DNA of 64,000 nt from an uncultured bacterium. GTDB lineage: Bacteria; Fidelibacterota; UBA2242. Below are positions 40,796 through 50,017 of this stretch, in pieces (positions within the stretch are counted from its first letter, which is position 1; each line of letters starts with the position of its first letter). A model generated the notes under the pieces. That model ran no database searches and was not told where the DNA came from. It saw nothing but the letters and a program-made list of their open reading frames with translations. The translations under genes were made by a program, and so were the position numbers. Where the stretch lies: contig CAZSDW010000014.1 in assembly GCA_964605705.1 (NCBI GenBank), positions 7,130 through 71,129 of the forward strand. Direction: 5' to 3'.

Positions 40796-42208
40796 ATGAG
40801 AAAAAGTTTACAGATTATTAACGGATTTCAGATTCTGCTGCTCGCATTGCTAATCGGATACTCACAAACCTGTGATTGGATACAGACGGGAAGTTCAGGT
40901 TGGGATAAAGTTCCGGAAATTCTGAAAAATATTCGACCACCGGATTTTCCGGACCGTGATTTTATCATTACCGATTTTGGCGCAATTGGTGATGCTAATT
41001 TCGATTGCACCGATGCCTTCAGAAAAGTGATAAAATCCTGTCACGATGCTGGTGGCGGATATGTGATTGTCCCGGCTGGGACGTATTTAACCGGCGCCAT
41101 CCATCTGCAGGACAACGTCTGTTTGCACATCGATAGTGCGGCAACCATTTTATTCAGCCAGGATCCGCGGAAATACCTGCCAGTGGTTTTTACTCGCTTT
41201 GAGGGGCTGGAATGTATGAATTACTCTCCATTCATTTATGCATTTGATAAGGAAAATATTGCGATTACAGGTAAGGGTACTCTGGATGGGCAGGCGGATA
41301 CAAGCTGCTGGTGGACCTGGGCAGGGAATACGGTATATGGCTGGCGACAAAACAGTCCCTGCCAGATCACTGACCGTAATACATTAATGCAGATGGTCGA
41401 AGAAAATACTCCTGTGCAGAACAGAATTTTTGGAGAGGGGCATTTTCTGCGTCCCAGTTTTATTCAATTTTACCGGTCAAAAAATATTCTGGTAGAGGGA
41501 ATCAACATCAAACGTTCTCCAATGTGGGAGATTCATCCGGTTTTATGTGAAAATGTGACGGTTCGAAACATTAATATAGATACCCATGGTCCCAACAATG
41601 ACGGCTGTAATCCCGAGAGTAGTAAAAATGTACTGATCAGTAATTGTCGGTTTGATACCGGTGATGACTGTATTGCCATAAAATCCGGTCGGAATGGAGA
41701 TGGTCGGCGGATCAATGTTCCCAGTGAAAATATTATTATCCGGGATTGCGTGATGAGGGACGGGCATGGCGGCGTCGTTATTGGCAGCGAAATATCAGGA
41801 AATTGCCGAAATGTTTTCGCTGAAAATTGCCGGATGGATAGTCCTAATCTGGAGAGAGCCTTTAGAATAAAGACAAATTCGTTACGTGGCGGAATTGTCG
41901 AAAATATTTACATGCGTAAGGTGATCATCGGAAAAGTAAGTGATGCGATTATCAGGATCAATTTTCAATATGAAGAAGGAGATGTTGGTAGCTATACACC
42001 GATTGTCAGGAATATTTATATCAATGATATCATCAGCCATGAGAGCATGTATGCATTAGCGCTGGATGGATATGCGCGATCACCAATTTCCAATGTGCAG
42101 CTGGAAAATTGTCAATTCAATGGCGTTAAAGAAACCAATATTCTAAATAATGTTTCTGGCTTGAAGATGAAGAATACCTCCATCAATGGGATTTTACAGG
42201 GTCAATAA
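40796..42208 (+). CDS. Polygalacturonase, GH28
   Basis: NNDG, GDDCIAIKSG, GHGGVVIGSE, RIKT motifs. Confidence 0.93.
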   Translation: MRKSLQIINGFQILLLALLIGYSQTCDWIQTGSSGWDKVPEILKNIRPPDFPDRDFIITDFGAIGDANFDCTDAFRKVIKSCHDAGGGYVIVPAGTYLTGAIHLQDNVCLHIDSAATILFSQDPRKYLPVVFTRFEGLECMNYSPFIYAFDKENIAITGKGTLDGQADTSCWWTWAGNTVYGWRQNSPCQITDRNTLMQMVEENTPVQNRIFGEGHFLRPSFIQFYRSKNILVEGINIKRSPMWEIHPVLCENVTVRNINIDTHGPNNDGCNPESSKNVLISNCRFDTGDDCIAIKSGRNGDGRRINVPSENIIIRDCVMRDGHGGVVIGSEISGNCRNVFAENCRMDSPNLERAFRIKTNSLRGGIVENIYMRKVIIGKVSDAIIRINFQYEEGDVGSYTPIVRNIYINDIISHESMYALALDGYARSPISNVQLENCQFNGVKETNILNNVSGLKMKNTSINGILQGQ

Positions 42209-42262
42209 TATGGAAATTCCTCTGCTTCTCTCTTCGATAAAACGTCACCCTTCCTGATGACT

Positions 42263-42295
42263 GAAAGAAGGGGCCGTCCTGCAAACAGCCCCTTC
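42263..42295 (-). terminator. Terminator for the convergent pectate lyase gene
   Basis: Minus strand GAAGGGGCTGT-TTGCAGG-ACGGCCCCTTC-TTTC. Confidence 0.6.
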
Positions 42296-42341
42296 ACTCA
42301 TTTCATTAGGTAAGCCGATGTGAATTTTAAAATATATCCTG

Positions 42342-44234
42342 CTACTTCAGATAAATTATTTTTTTGATGATATTCAGTTTAGAGCTTTCCAGCCGAATCA
42401 GGTAAATACCGGAAGCAATTTCTATTGCATTCCATTGTTCAGTATAGCTGCCCGCCGGGTAATTCCCAATTGCCAGTGTTTCAATTTGCTGACCGTGAAT
42501 ATTATAGACTTTCAGTGACAGATCAGTTGTCTCTTGCAATGTAAACTGAATGGTCAGCACCGGATTGAAGGGATTCGGATAGGTTGATAAAATGAATCGT
42601 TCTGGTTTGCGGACGGGTTCCTGGATTGCAGTAATGGGATTGATCGGCAGCAATGTTGGCAGGGATTCCGTTTCATCCAGCACATGTTCATAAGGATAGG
42701 GAATCGTCAGTTCACAAACCGGTTCTGCGGTAACTTCACTCGTCCCGAAATGATTATCAATTAATTGCACAAAACCATCCTCAAGACTGTATTCCATCAT
42801 GACGGCTTTGCGGACATTGTCAAAATAGTTACGCTCTACCCGGACTTTGGCGCCCATGCGTGAGTTGATCCCCGTATCACAATCCTTATAATAATTATTG
42901 AAAATATGCGCAGTGCCGAAACGGATACTCGGCAGGCGGGATTCGCAATTATAAAAATAATTGTGATGGTAGGTGACGCGGATGACCGAATCCTGGGGAC
43001 TTTCGTCGTTGGAACTGATCAGGCTGGTTTTGTAATGATCGTGCAAGGAGCAGTTCGAGATGGTGATAAAGGTGGATTCGTTTTTGATATCCAGCAGCCC
43101 GTCATAATATTCGCTGCCGTGTTCCCGATCGGAAAACAGTTCACATCGGTCGATTACTATGTTTTGCGATTTCCCGGTAATGACAATCGCATCGGCTGGT
43201 GTCACATGGGAAATCCGGAGGTTTTGAATAATGACATTTCGCGCCCCGTTAATCTCTACTTCAATGCCCTGAAGGTGAGCGTCGCGGGATAGCCCCAGCA
43301 AGGTTTTATTGGAGCTGATTTTCAGGTCTTCGGTGCCGATGATTTTGCGGTTAAGGGTGACTACGTAAGGATCAGGACTACCAAGATAGCTACTCAAATC
43401 TTCAAATGTATTCGCAGCCACCGTGTCACCAAGCGCGCCGCCGATCACCAGGTATGGTGTGCCCTGATCGTCCTGAACCGTCGCATAACCGATGAAATCC
43501 GGATCCATTTCGGTACCATTTGGGAGAAAGATGGCAATTGCATCGACATTATGACTCATTTCAAAAGTAAATACTGAATCAGTACTTGTCACATCTCCAG
43601 ACCAACTTTGGAAAAAGTATCCGGGATTGGATTGGGCACTCAGCGTCACCAAGGTGCCTTCGTCATAGTAATTCTGAATAGGATTATAGGAAACCCGACC
43701 ACCGGCTTCAATATTTTGATTTACCGATAATATGTAAGACGGGATGCAATCCGCTGGTGTCAGACCACTGCCAATAAATATAATATAATCATAATTCGCT
43801 GTTCCATCGGGATTGTAGGCTTCAATCCGCACCTGGTTCTTGCCTGCGATAAACTCGACTTCAACGGAATCGCTGATAGTCCAATTAGTCCAGACCTCGG
43901 TGTGCGGAAAATTCACGGTGTCCAGAAAGGTCTCATTATTGATTAACAGCCGTACCGGGCGGTCGCCGCTGCCGCCGCCATTGGCATAGCGCCACTGAAT
44001 ATAATAGGTTCCGGCACTGGCGGCGTTAACACTCCAGGTGATGCTGACACCGATGCCTCTATCCGTATTGGCAAAACCATCGCCAGTAAATCCACCGACA
44101 TTGATACTATTATCAATATAGCCGTCAATAGCGCAGAAACCCAGTTCATTCTCCTGGATGATCAATTCCTGACTTATGAGTACAGTAAAACTACAGTAAA
44201 TCCAAAATGCTGTAAAATATTTTCCCCACTTCAT
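42342..44234 (-). CDS. Modular pectate lyase: CBM35/CBM6-like + B-repeat-like linker + PL1 catalytic domain + C-terminal sorting domain
   Basis: GFTGDGFAN...WRYANG...WTNW (CBM); 'GYFFQSWSGD' repeat; SNKTLLG, NVIIQNL, DGLLDIK, VTYHHN, RLPSIRFG, HIFNNYY; YPNPFNP tail. Confidence 0.88.
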   Translation of the reverse strand: MKWGKYFTAFWIYCSFTVLISQELIIQENELGFCAIDGYIDNSINVGGFTGDGFANTDRGIGVSITWSVNAASAGTYYIQWRYANGGGSGDRPVRLLINNETFLDTVNFPHTEVWTNWTISDSVEVEFIAGKNQVRIEAYNPDGTANYDYIIFIGSGLTPADCIPSYILSVNQNIEAGGRVSYNPIQNYYDEGTLVTLSAQSNPGYFFQSWSGDVTSTDSVFTFEMSHNVDAIAIFLPNGTEMDPDFIGYATVQDDQGTPYLVIGGALGDTVAANTFEDLSSYLGSPDPYVVTLNRKIIGTEDLKISSNKTLLGLSRDAHLQGIEVEINGARNVIIQNLRISHVTPADAIVITGKSQNIVIDRCELFSDREHGSEYYDGLLDIKNESTFITISNCSLHDHYKTSLISSNDESPQDSVIRVTYHHNYFYNCESRLPSIRFGTAHIFNNYYKDCDTGINSRMGAKVRVERNYFDNVRKAVMMEYSLEDGFVQLIDNHFGTSEVTAEPVCELTIPYPYEHVLDETESLPTLLPINPITAIQEPVRKPERFILSTYPNPFNPVLTIQFTLQETTDLSLKVYNIHGQQIETLAIGNYPAGSYTEQWNAIEIASGIYLIRLESSKLNIIKKIIYLK

Positions 44235-44965
44235 TGTTTGTCCGATTTATATTTGTTTTTCATTATATAATTTTCCAATGTTTTTAAAATGCTCTGGACT
44301 AAGTGAGTGTCTTTTTCATTTAAAACTGCCAGCCGTTCGAGGATCCGGTTGCGGAGCGGCAAGCGGTTTGCCATGCCCAGCTGGTTCAGCATCGCTTCCG
44401 CATTCTGTTTTAATTTGAGATAAGCAGCGACGGTTGACTGTGGTGCCGATTGCCGTGGTTTTCGGCGGATCAGCACGGATAATTCAAAGGCGTAAATCAT
44501 CACTGCCTGAGCCAGATTCAGGCTGGGCTGGGCTTGCTTCAGCGGGACATGAGACAATATATCGCAAGCGGCTAATTGTGCATTACTCAGACCGCGATCT
44601 TCGGTACCAAACAGGATTCCCACAGATCGGATAGTATTTCCTTTACTTTTTAATAATTGTGCCAGCTGGCGGGCGGGGATGTTTTCATTTTTAGAGGGAC
44701 GTTTTTTTGCTGATGTGCCGATCAGAAAATCGATGTCGATTGTCGCCGCTTTGATCGAATCGAAAACCCGTGCCGCTTCCAGGATGTCTTCGGAGTTGTG
44801 CGCCAACCAGCGGGCGGGATTGCTGAGATGATCGCAGGGATTGACCAATCGTAAATCGGCAAAGCCCATGGTTTTCAAGGCTCGCGCCGCCGCGCCGATA
44901 TTTTCGGGAGTCATAGGACGTTCGAGGATAAAACTAATGATCACGGTGCTCTGGTTCGATTTCAA
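44231..44965 (-). CDS. TrmJ/LasT family SPOUT RNA methyltransferase
   Basis: PENIGAAARALKTMGF, LFGTEDRGLSN, PSLNLAQAV; exact start uncertain. Confidence 0.88.
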   Translation of the reverse strand: MKSNQSTVIISFILERPMTPENIGAAARALKTMGFADLRLVNPCDHLSNPARWLAHNSEDILEAARVFDSIKAATIDIDFLIGTSAKKRPSKNENIPARQLAQLLKSKGNTIRSVGILFGTEDRGLSNAQLAACDILSHVPLKQAQPSLNLAQAVMIYAFELSVLIRRKPRQSAPQSTVAAYLKLKQNAEAMLNQLGMANRLPLRNRILERLAVLNEKDTHLVQSILKTLENYIMKNKYKSDKQ

Positions 44966-45971
44966 AAACGGTCATCACACCGAAATGATCGGAAGGGTGC
45001 AGTCCGTTTTCGGTTTTATTCAGGACAACCTGTGATGATTTGATTTTGAGATTTTGACCTTTTGAAAAGATATAATCAATCCGATCTCTGCGGGCGGTCT
45101 CTTCCGGTGGAATTTTACCAAGGTAATGTTTTTGGATATTTTTATTCAGCCACTCATCCCAGGTCGGTCCCGGCTCGGAATTGACTTTGGCGAAGGTATC
45201 CTTGAAACCGTAATCCAACAACAACGTAATAGGTTCGGAGTCGCTCAGATCATTGAAATCACCCATCAGAATTACCGGATTATTGCCGGCTGTTTTTTTA
45301 ATAAATCTGAGCATTTTCCGGGCTTCGTCAAGCCGCCATAGTTTGCCTTCAATGGCATCGGCGACACTGCTCAGGTACTGATCCTCGTCGATTTCGCTCT
45401 CGAGATATTGCCGGATGAGATTCTCCAGGGTTTCCCGGTTGGCAAACCTGGACGCATGCCAATGAGTATTAAAAAGGAAAACCTTCTGTTCACCGACCTT
45501 GATCCTGGCACCAAGCACCTGGGTGGCATCGGCGAAATGCAAGGTGAAAAACCTGCCCACGTGTCCGCCGGACAACTGTTTGCGCCCGCTGGATTTCAGC
45601 TTCAGCTGTTTTTTCGCTAGGATAACGTCGCCCTCGCGGAGATTAACGGGCAGTCCAATCGGACCAAGATGAATTCCCGCTACGCCCAGGTGATGGACCT
45701 GATTGTAATTCAAATCCTTCGCAATACGCCGGGCATAGCGCGGGAGCTTGTTGGCTTCATTCAAAGCGATGACATCGGGATCGAGTTCCTTCAATTGGTT
45801 TAGCAAAATCCGATAGCGCTGTTTCCGAATCGCCGTGCTTTCGTATTCACCCATTTTCAGTGAGCCGATATAATCCAGTCCGGACCAGACATTGATAGTG
45901 ACGACCTTCAGCGGTTCGGCAAATAGACAATTAAAAAGGAATAAGGTAAAAATTAAAAATCTGGCTGTCAT
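44934..45971 (-). CDS. Secreted endonuclease/exonuclease/phosphatase family protein
   Basis: Signal peptide; TINV, DVIALNE, NTH, MGDFN, RIDYIF, PSDH. Confidence 0.85.
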   Translation of the reverse strand: MTARFLIFTLFLFNCLFAEPLKVVTINVWSGLDYIGSLKMGEYESTAIRKQRYRILLNQLKELDPDVIALNEANKLPRYARRIAKDLNYNQVHHLGVAGIHLGPIGLPVNLREGDVILAKKQLKLKSSGRKQLSGGHVGRFFTLHFADATQVLGARIKVGEQKVFLFNTHWHASRFANRETLENLIRQYLESEIDEDQYLSSVADAIEGKLWRLDEARKMLRFIKKTAGNNPVILMGDFNDLSDSEPITLLLDYGFKDTFAKVNSEPGPTWDEWLNKNIQKHYLGKIPPEETARRDRIDYIFSKGQNLKIKSSQVVLNKTENGLHPSDHFGVMTVFEIEPEHRDH

Positions 45972-45979
45972 ATTTAACC

Positions 45980-46939
45980 TTATGATTTAACCTGTTCCAA
46001 CCATTTTAGAATTCGCAATGCCCGCAGAGTGTTCCAGTGGCTGGGCTGCCCGGCTTTTTCCATCTCGAAATAAATCCTGCCCGAATACCGGCTGGACAAA
46101 TTCCAGCGTCCGTCTTTGCGTCGTTTATTAAGTAGAATTTCGATGGCGTCATCCATCCGGGGATCATAGGACAGTCGGCAGCGTTGCCAGTAATCCAGCG
46201 CCCGCAGAATGTCGTAATGCCAGCGCGGCGGAAAAGGAAACCGAATGAATTGAGGATTGATTATTTCGCCGGTACGATGACTGCGGAAGAGACGATGATG
46301 TAAAAGAAATTCCCACGCCTGGTCGCTGTATTTTTGGAATTCATCGGTCTGCCGGAATTTACTATATTCATGCAAAGCTTCCAGAACGGTGATGGTCGTA
46401 TGCACGGAACTATGGGTGGCACCTTCGGGCGCAATGCAATTCCAGCCGCCGTCGGACATCTGGTTTTTTATCAGGAATTTCGCCAGTCTATCAACTCTAT
46501 CGTCCTCGATCCGGAAATAGGAACAGAGTGTCAGGATCATCCCGGTGACGCATTGCTCGCCGTAATCGATCGATTTGAAATAACTGATGCCATCGTCTTT
46601 GTAAAAACCTTTTTCAAGGAGAATAATTGCCGCTTTACATGCTTGCGGATTATCCTGCGGAAGCCCCAGCCGCCAGAGCGTGAGCATCGTGTAGGTCGTG
46701 GATGTCCATTTGGGTCCGTACAAACCATTTGCCCAGATGCCGTTTTCCGCCTGCTGGTCGAGGAGTTGTTTGCCCCAGCCTTCTTCGGCGATTTTCTGGC
46801 GCTCCGATTTGATCAGGTCTGCTGGCGATTCTCGCAGATCCCGATGAACCTGCCAGCGGATGACCGGATCGCCCTGGAGCAGCCAGGTGATGATTTCAGG
46901 ATTTGTAAAATCTGTGGAATGTTGATCATTGGTTTTCAT
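45980..46939 (-). CDS. Conserved hypothetical protein with prenyltransferase/squalene-cyclase-like repeats
   Basis: QW-like motifs QAENGIW, QMSDGGWNC, RRKDGRW; 'WHYDILRALD', 'SHWNTLRAL'. Confidence 0.65.
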   Translation of the reverse strand: MKTNDQHSTDFTNPEIITWLLQGDPVIRWQVHRDLRESPADLIKSERQKIAEEGWGKQLLDQQAENGIWANGLYGPKWTSTTYTMLTLWRLGLPQDNPQACKAAIILLEKGFYKDDGISYFKSIDYGEQCVTGMILTLCSYFRIEDDRVDRLAKFLIKNQMSDGGWNCIAPEGATHSSVHTTITVLEALHEYSKFRQTDEFQKYSDQAWEFLLHHRLFRSHRTGEIINPQFIRFPFPPRWHYDILRALDYWQRCRLSYDPRMDDAIEILLNKRRKDGRWNLSSRYSGRIYFEMEKAGQPSHWNTLRALRILKWLEQVKS

Positions 46940-46990
46940 TTGATCTTAAGATAATAATGGATTTAGTTTTGGAAAACGATTTTTTTATTA

Positions 46991-47023
46991 AACCTTCCGA
47001 AGGTTATCAACCTTCGGAAGGTT
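46991..47023. repeat. REP-like palindromic doublet, copy 1
   Basis: AACCTTCCGAAGGTT-ATC-AACCTTCGGAAGGTT. Confidence 0.85.
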
Positions 47024-47406
47024 GTTGTTATATAATTTATTGCTGAGTTATAACAGTAAGCCATGAATAATTTTTGTAAAATTTTAAAAATAGTTTTTAG
47101 GTATTAACATTAAAGAGAATCTTTATTAAATACAAATAAACAGGGGCAGTAATCCGGTTCTCAACCGGGACTGCTTTTTGAAAGCAAAAGAAAATTCCGG
47201 GAAGATGACTGTTTTTCTACGGAAATGTATGTCTATTACCCGGATCAAAGATAGTAAAACCATCAATAATATGAGCAGAAAAGAGGTCATGATGGAAACT
47301 CAAGCGAAAGGGTATCCCCGCACCGAATTTTAAGACTGCGGTGCGGAGCTGTTTCATCCTAATTTAAGTGTTAAATTAGGTGAAGAGGTAGGATGAAAGA
47401 ATAAAT

Positions 47407-49113
47407 ATGAATTTTAAAAGATCGTTTTTCCATTTTTCTTACATTTTTCTGTTTTTAATTACACAAAGTCTTCTTTTTGCCCAATGGCCAAAGACTGTCC
47501 AGGAAGAATTATTTATAGGATATGGTGTTTACCCTAAAGCCGTAAGCGATGGAAACGGCGGTGTATTCATTGCTGCTACGTACAACTCATACTATTCCTC
47601 AGTGCGCATCCAAAGAGTTAATAGAAACGGTAATATTATTTGGCTAAATCAACTAATTTTAACCGGAAGTAAACACCAGCAAACTCTTGTTAATGCTGAT
47701 ATAGTCTCAGATGGAAACGGCGGTATGTATTTAGTATACTATGATACGCATTTTATTGAATATCCTTATATTATAAATATTTATCTAAGAGTCCAGCATA
47801 TTGACAGTACCGGAAACCAATTATGGAGTAACAATGGTGTTACTCTAGTGACTCCTGCAGATACGACCCAACAATCCAAGTGTACGGGAGGTGAGACTGT
47901 TAGTGATGGCGAGAATGGGATCATTGTATCTTGGCTGGATTATAGAAATACCAGTGCAAGATCAGATTATGGTGATAACTATATTCAGCGAATTGACATT
48001 AATGGAAATTGTCTCTGGGACAGTGGCGGAGTAAGAATCTCAACTCGATCTGGATGTGCGGATGCTCCGCATGTTGTCACGGATGGTAGCTCTGGCGCAA
48101 TTATTAATTATTACGAAAGTCGATCCATTTATTTCCAGAGAGTGGATCAGAACGGTAATAAATTATGGGGAGAAAGAGGCATTCAGGAACCAGATTCAAT
48201 GGGGGTGCTCGATATTATTCCTGATGGGGAAAGTGGTATATTTCTAATATGTAGAAAAACCAAATTATATCCTAAATTGGAATATTGGTGTCAGCGCCTC
48301 GATTCAAACGGTGTTTACCTGTACGAAGATGATGGAATTTATATTGGCGAAGGTGAATATTTCGAATCTGGTATTGATAAACCAGTTTTAAATCCCGATC
48401 AGAGTATCTCCTTTACATGGTATTTTAAAGAAAAGGAATATTTCCAAAAAATCACCAAAGAAGGTTTGAAAATCTTTACAGGAAGCGGTATTTCTGTAAC
48501 CAATCTGGATAGTGCGTATGCCTACGCGCCGGTTTTAGGAATAAATGGAGATAATTACTGTTTTATCACAAAGCAAGTGAGCAGATTGAACTATGAAGGG
48601 CGCCTTTTTATCCAGCAAATAGATCAAGATGGCACACTGCTATTCGGAGATGAAGGTATCTGTATATCTGATACTCGGGGTAGAGATTTGGCTTTGGGAA
48701 TATATGATGTAGTACCCGATGCCAATGATGGATTTATTCTTATCTTTATGAGTGATCCTGGCTATCTATTTGCGAAGCAGGTCAGCGGCGATGGAATTCT
48801 GGGACATGTCAATACAGGTATTGATACCGAACCGACAAAATTATTGCCTTCCGCAATTCAATTATATCAGAATTATCCAAATCCCTTCAACGCACCCACA
48901 ACGATTTGTTTTGATATTACAAATCCTGGGTATGTCATCCTTGCAATTTACGATATCCTTGGAAGGGAAATAGAGACACTCATCATCGAATTCAAACCGG
49001 CTGGAAAATATGAGTACAAATGGAGACCAGAGGATTTATCAAGCGGTATCTATTTGTACAGTTTGAGAGTAGGTGAATTTTCAGAAGTCAAGAAAATGAT
49101 TTTACTTCGCTGA
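47407..49113 (+). CDS. Secreted beta-propeller-like repeat protein (about 8 blades) with C-terminal sorting domain
   Basis: Signal peptide; repeats of V(S/T/P)DGxxG...Q(R/H)(I/V)DxxGxxLW; 'QNYPNPFNAPT...SGIYLY...KKMILLR'. Confidence 0.75.
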   Translation: MNFKRSFFHFSYIFLFLITQSLLFAQWPKTVQEELFIGYGVYPKAVSDGNGGVFIAATYNSYYSSVRIQRVNRNGNIIWLNQLILTGSKHQQTLVNADIVSDGNGGMYLVYYDTHFIEYPYIINIYLRVQHIDSTGNQLWSNNGVTLVTPADTTQQSKCTGGETVSDGENGIIVSWLDYRNTSARSDYGDNYIQRIDINGNCLWDSGGVRISTRSGCADAPHVVTDGSSGAIINYYESRSIYFQRVDQNGNKLWGERGIQEPDSMGVLDIIPDGESGIFLICRKTKLYPKLEYWCQRLDSNGVYLYEDDGIYIGEGEYFESGIDKPVLNPDQSISFTWYFKEKEYFQKITKEGLKIFTGSGISVTNLDSAYAYAPVLGINGDNYCFITKQVSRLNYEGRLFIQQIDQDGTLLFGDEGICISDTRGRDLALGIYDVVPDANDGFILIFMSDPGYLFAKQVSGDGILGHVNTGIDTEPTKLLPSAIQLYQNYPNPFNAPTTICFDITNPGYVILAIYDILGREIETLIIEFKPAGKYEYKWRPEDLSSGIYLYSLRVGEFSEVKKMILLR

Positions 49114-49124
49114 AGAAAATATAA

Positions 49125-49157
49125 AACCTCCCGAAGGTTGTTGACCTTCGGGAGGTT
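49125..49157. repeat. REP-like palindromic doublet, copy 2
   Basis: AACCTCCCGAAGGTT-GTT-GACCTTCGGGAGGTT, between convergent stop codons. Confidence 0.85.
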
Positions 49158-49168
49158 ATGTTTGATAA

Positions 49169-49816
49169 TCAGTTCAATTCAGCCGCATATTCGGTGTCGG
49201 TATAATCTGTTTTGACTTTATCAAAGCATATGCTGGATTTTTCACTATCGCCGTTCTTATCATAAGCCTTTCCTAAGTAATACAGAATCTCTGCCTGGGT
49301 TTCGTGATCGAAATTATCGGGCGCCTGATTCATCATTTGTTCCAGTTTTTCGTAATCCTCGACAGCCGTTCCCGATCTTCCGAATAAGGTCGGAATCGCC
49401 AGGCAGGTTTGTCCGCGGATAGCACGGCTTTCCACATTGCTTTCGTCCAGTGCGATGCCCTTGTCCATTTCTCTCAAGCCCGCGATGACGTAGTAACTCT
49501 TGAAGGGTTTGAAACCAACGTAGCGTGACTTGGACAGATAGGCGCTGCCGTACCAGCAGAGAGCGCTGCCGCAAGAAGGGTCCAATTTCGTAGCATTTTT
49601 CAACAGGTCGATCGATTCATTCAACAACGCCTTATCGCCTTTCATGGACAATTGGTATTTCAGTTTCCCGAGACTCAGGTTCAGCTGGGCATTATCGGGA
49701 TTCTGCGCCAACTGCTGTTCCAGTTGTTGAATCTGCGTTTCGACGGCAGGATTCTGGGCGTTGAGCATTGTTACACTTAGCAGCATGAGGACAATGGCGA
49801 CACTTAGTTTTTTCAT
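49169..49816 (-). CDS. Exported tetratricopeptide-repeat protein
   Basis: Signal peptide ending LNA-Q; helical TPR-like units (LSLGKLKY, CWYGSAY, LYYLGKAY); AAGGAG SD. Confidence 0.8.
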   Translation of the reverse strand: MKKLSVAIVLMLLSVTMLNAQNPAVETQIQQLEQQLAQNPDNAQLNLSLGKLKYQLSMKGDKALLNESIDLLKNATKLDPSCGSALCWYGSAYLSKSRYVGFKPFKSYYVIAGLREMDKGIALDESNVESRAIRGQTCLAIPTLFGRSGTAVEDYEKLEQMMNQAPDNFDHETQAEILYYLGKAYDKNGDSEKSSICFDKVKTDYTDTEYAAELN

Positions 49817-50000
49817 TTTTAATCTCCTTTTGGTTTGTTTCGGTATTGTTCATTGATTGCAATGTCGATGACGCAGCGATTTTTGTCATGATCGGTCCGT
49901 TATAATTCATGAAGAACAGCGGAATGAGAAGGATCAGCAGCAGGATATAAAAGTAGATGGATATTCTAAGCCCGATGTTGAATAGTTTTTTGATAGACAT
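49692..50000 (-). CDS. Small membrane protein (one N-terminal TM helix); 3' part overlaps the TPR gene
   Basis: AAGGA upstream of the ATG; hydrophobic residues about 10-30; the 125-nt overlap makes the C-terminus doubtful. Confidence 0.4.
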   Translation of the reverse strand: MSIKKLFNIGLRISIYFYILLLILLIPLFFMNYNGPIMTKIAASSTLQSMNNTETNQKEIKNEKTKCRHCPHAAKCNNAQRPESCRRNADSTTGTAVGAESR

Positions 50001-50017
50001 ATTGATAATCCTTTTTA

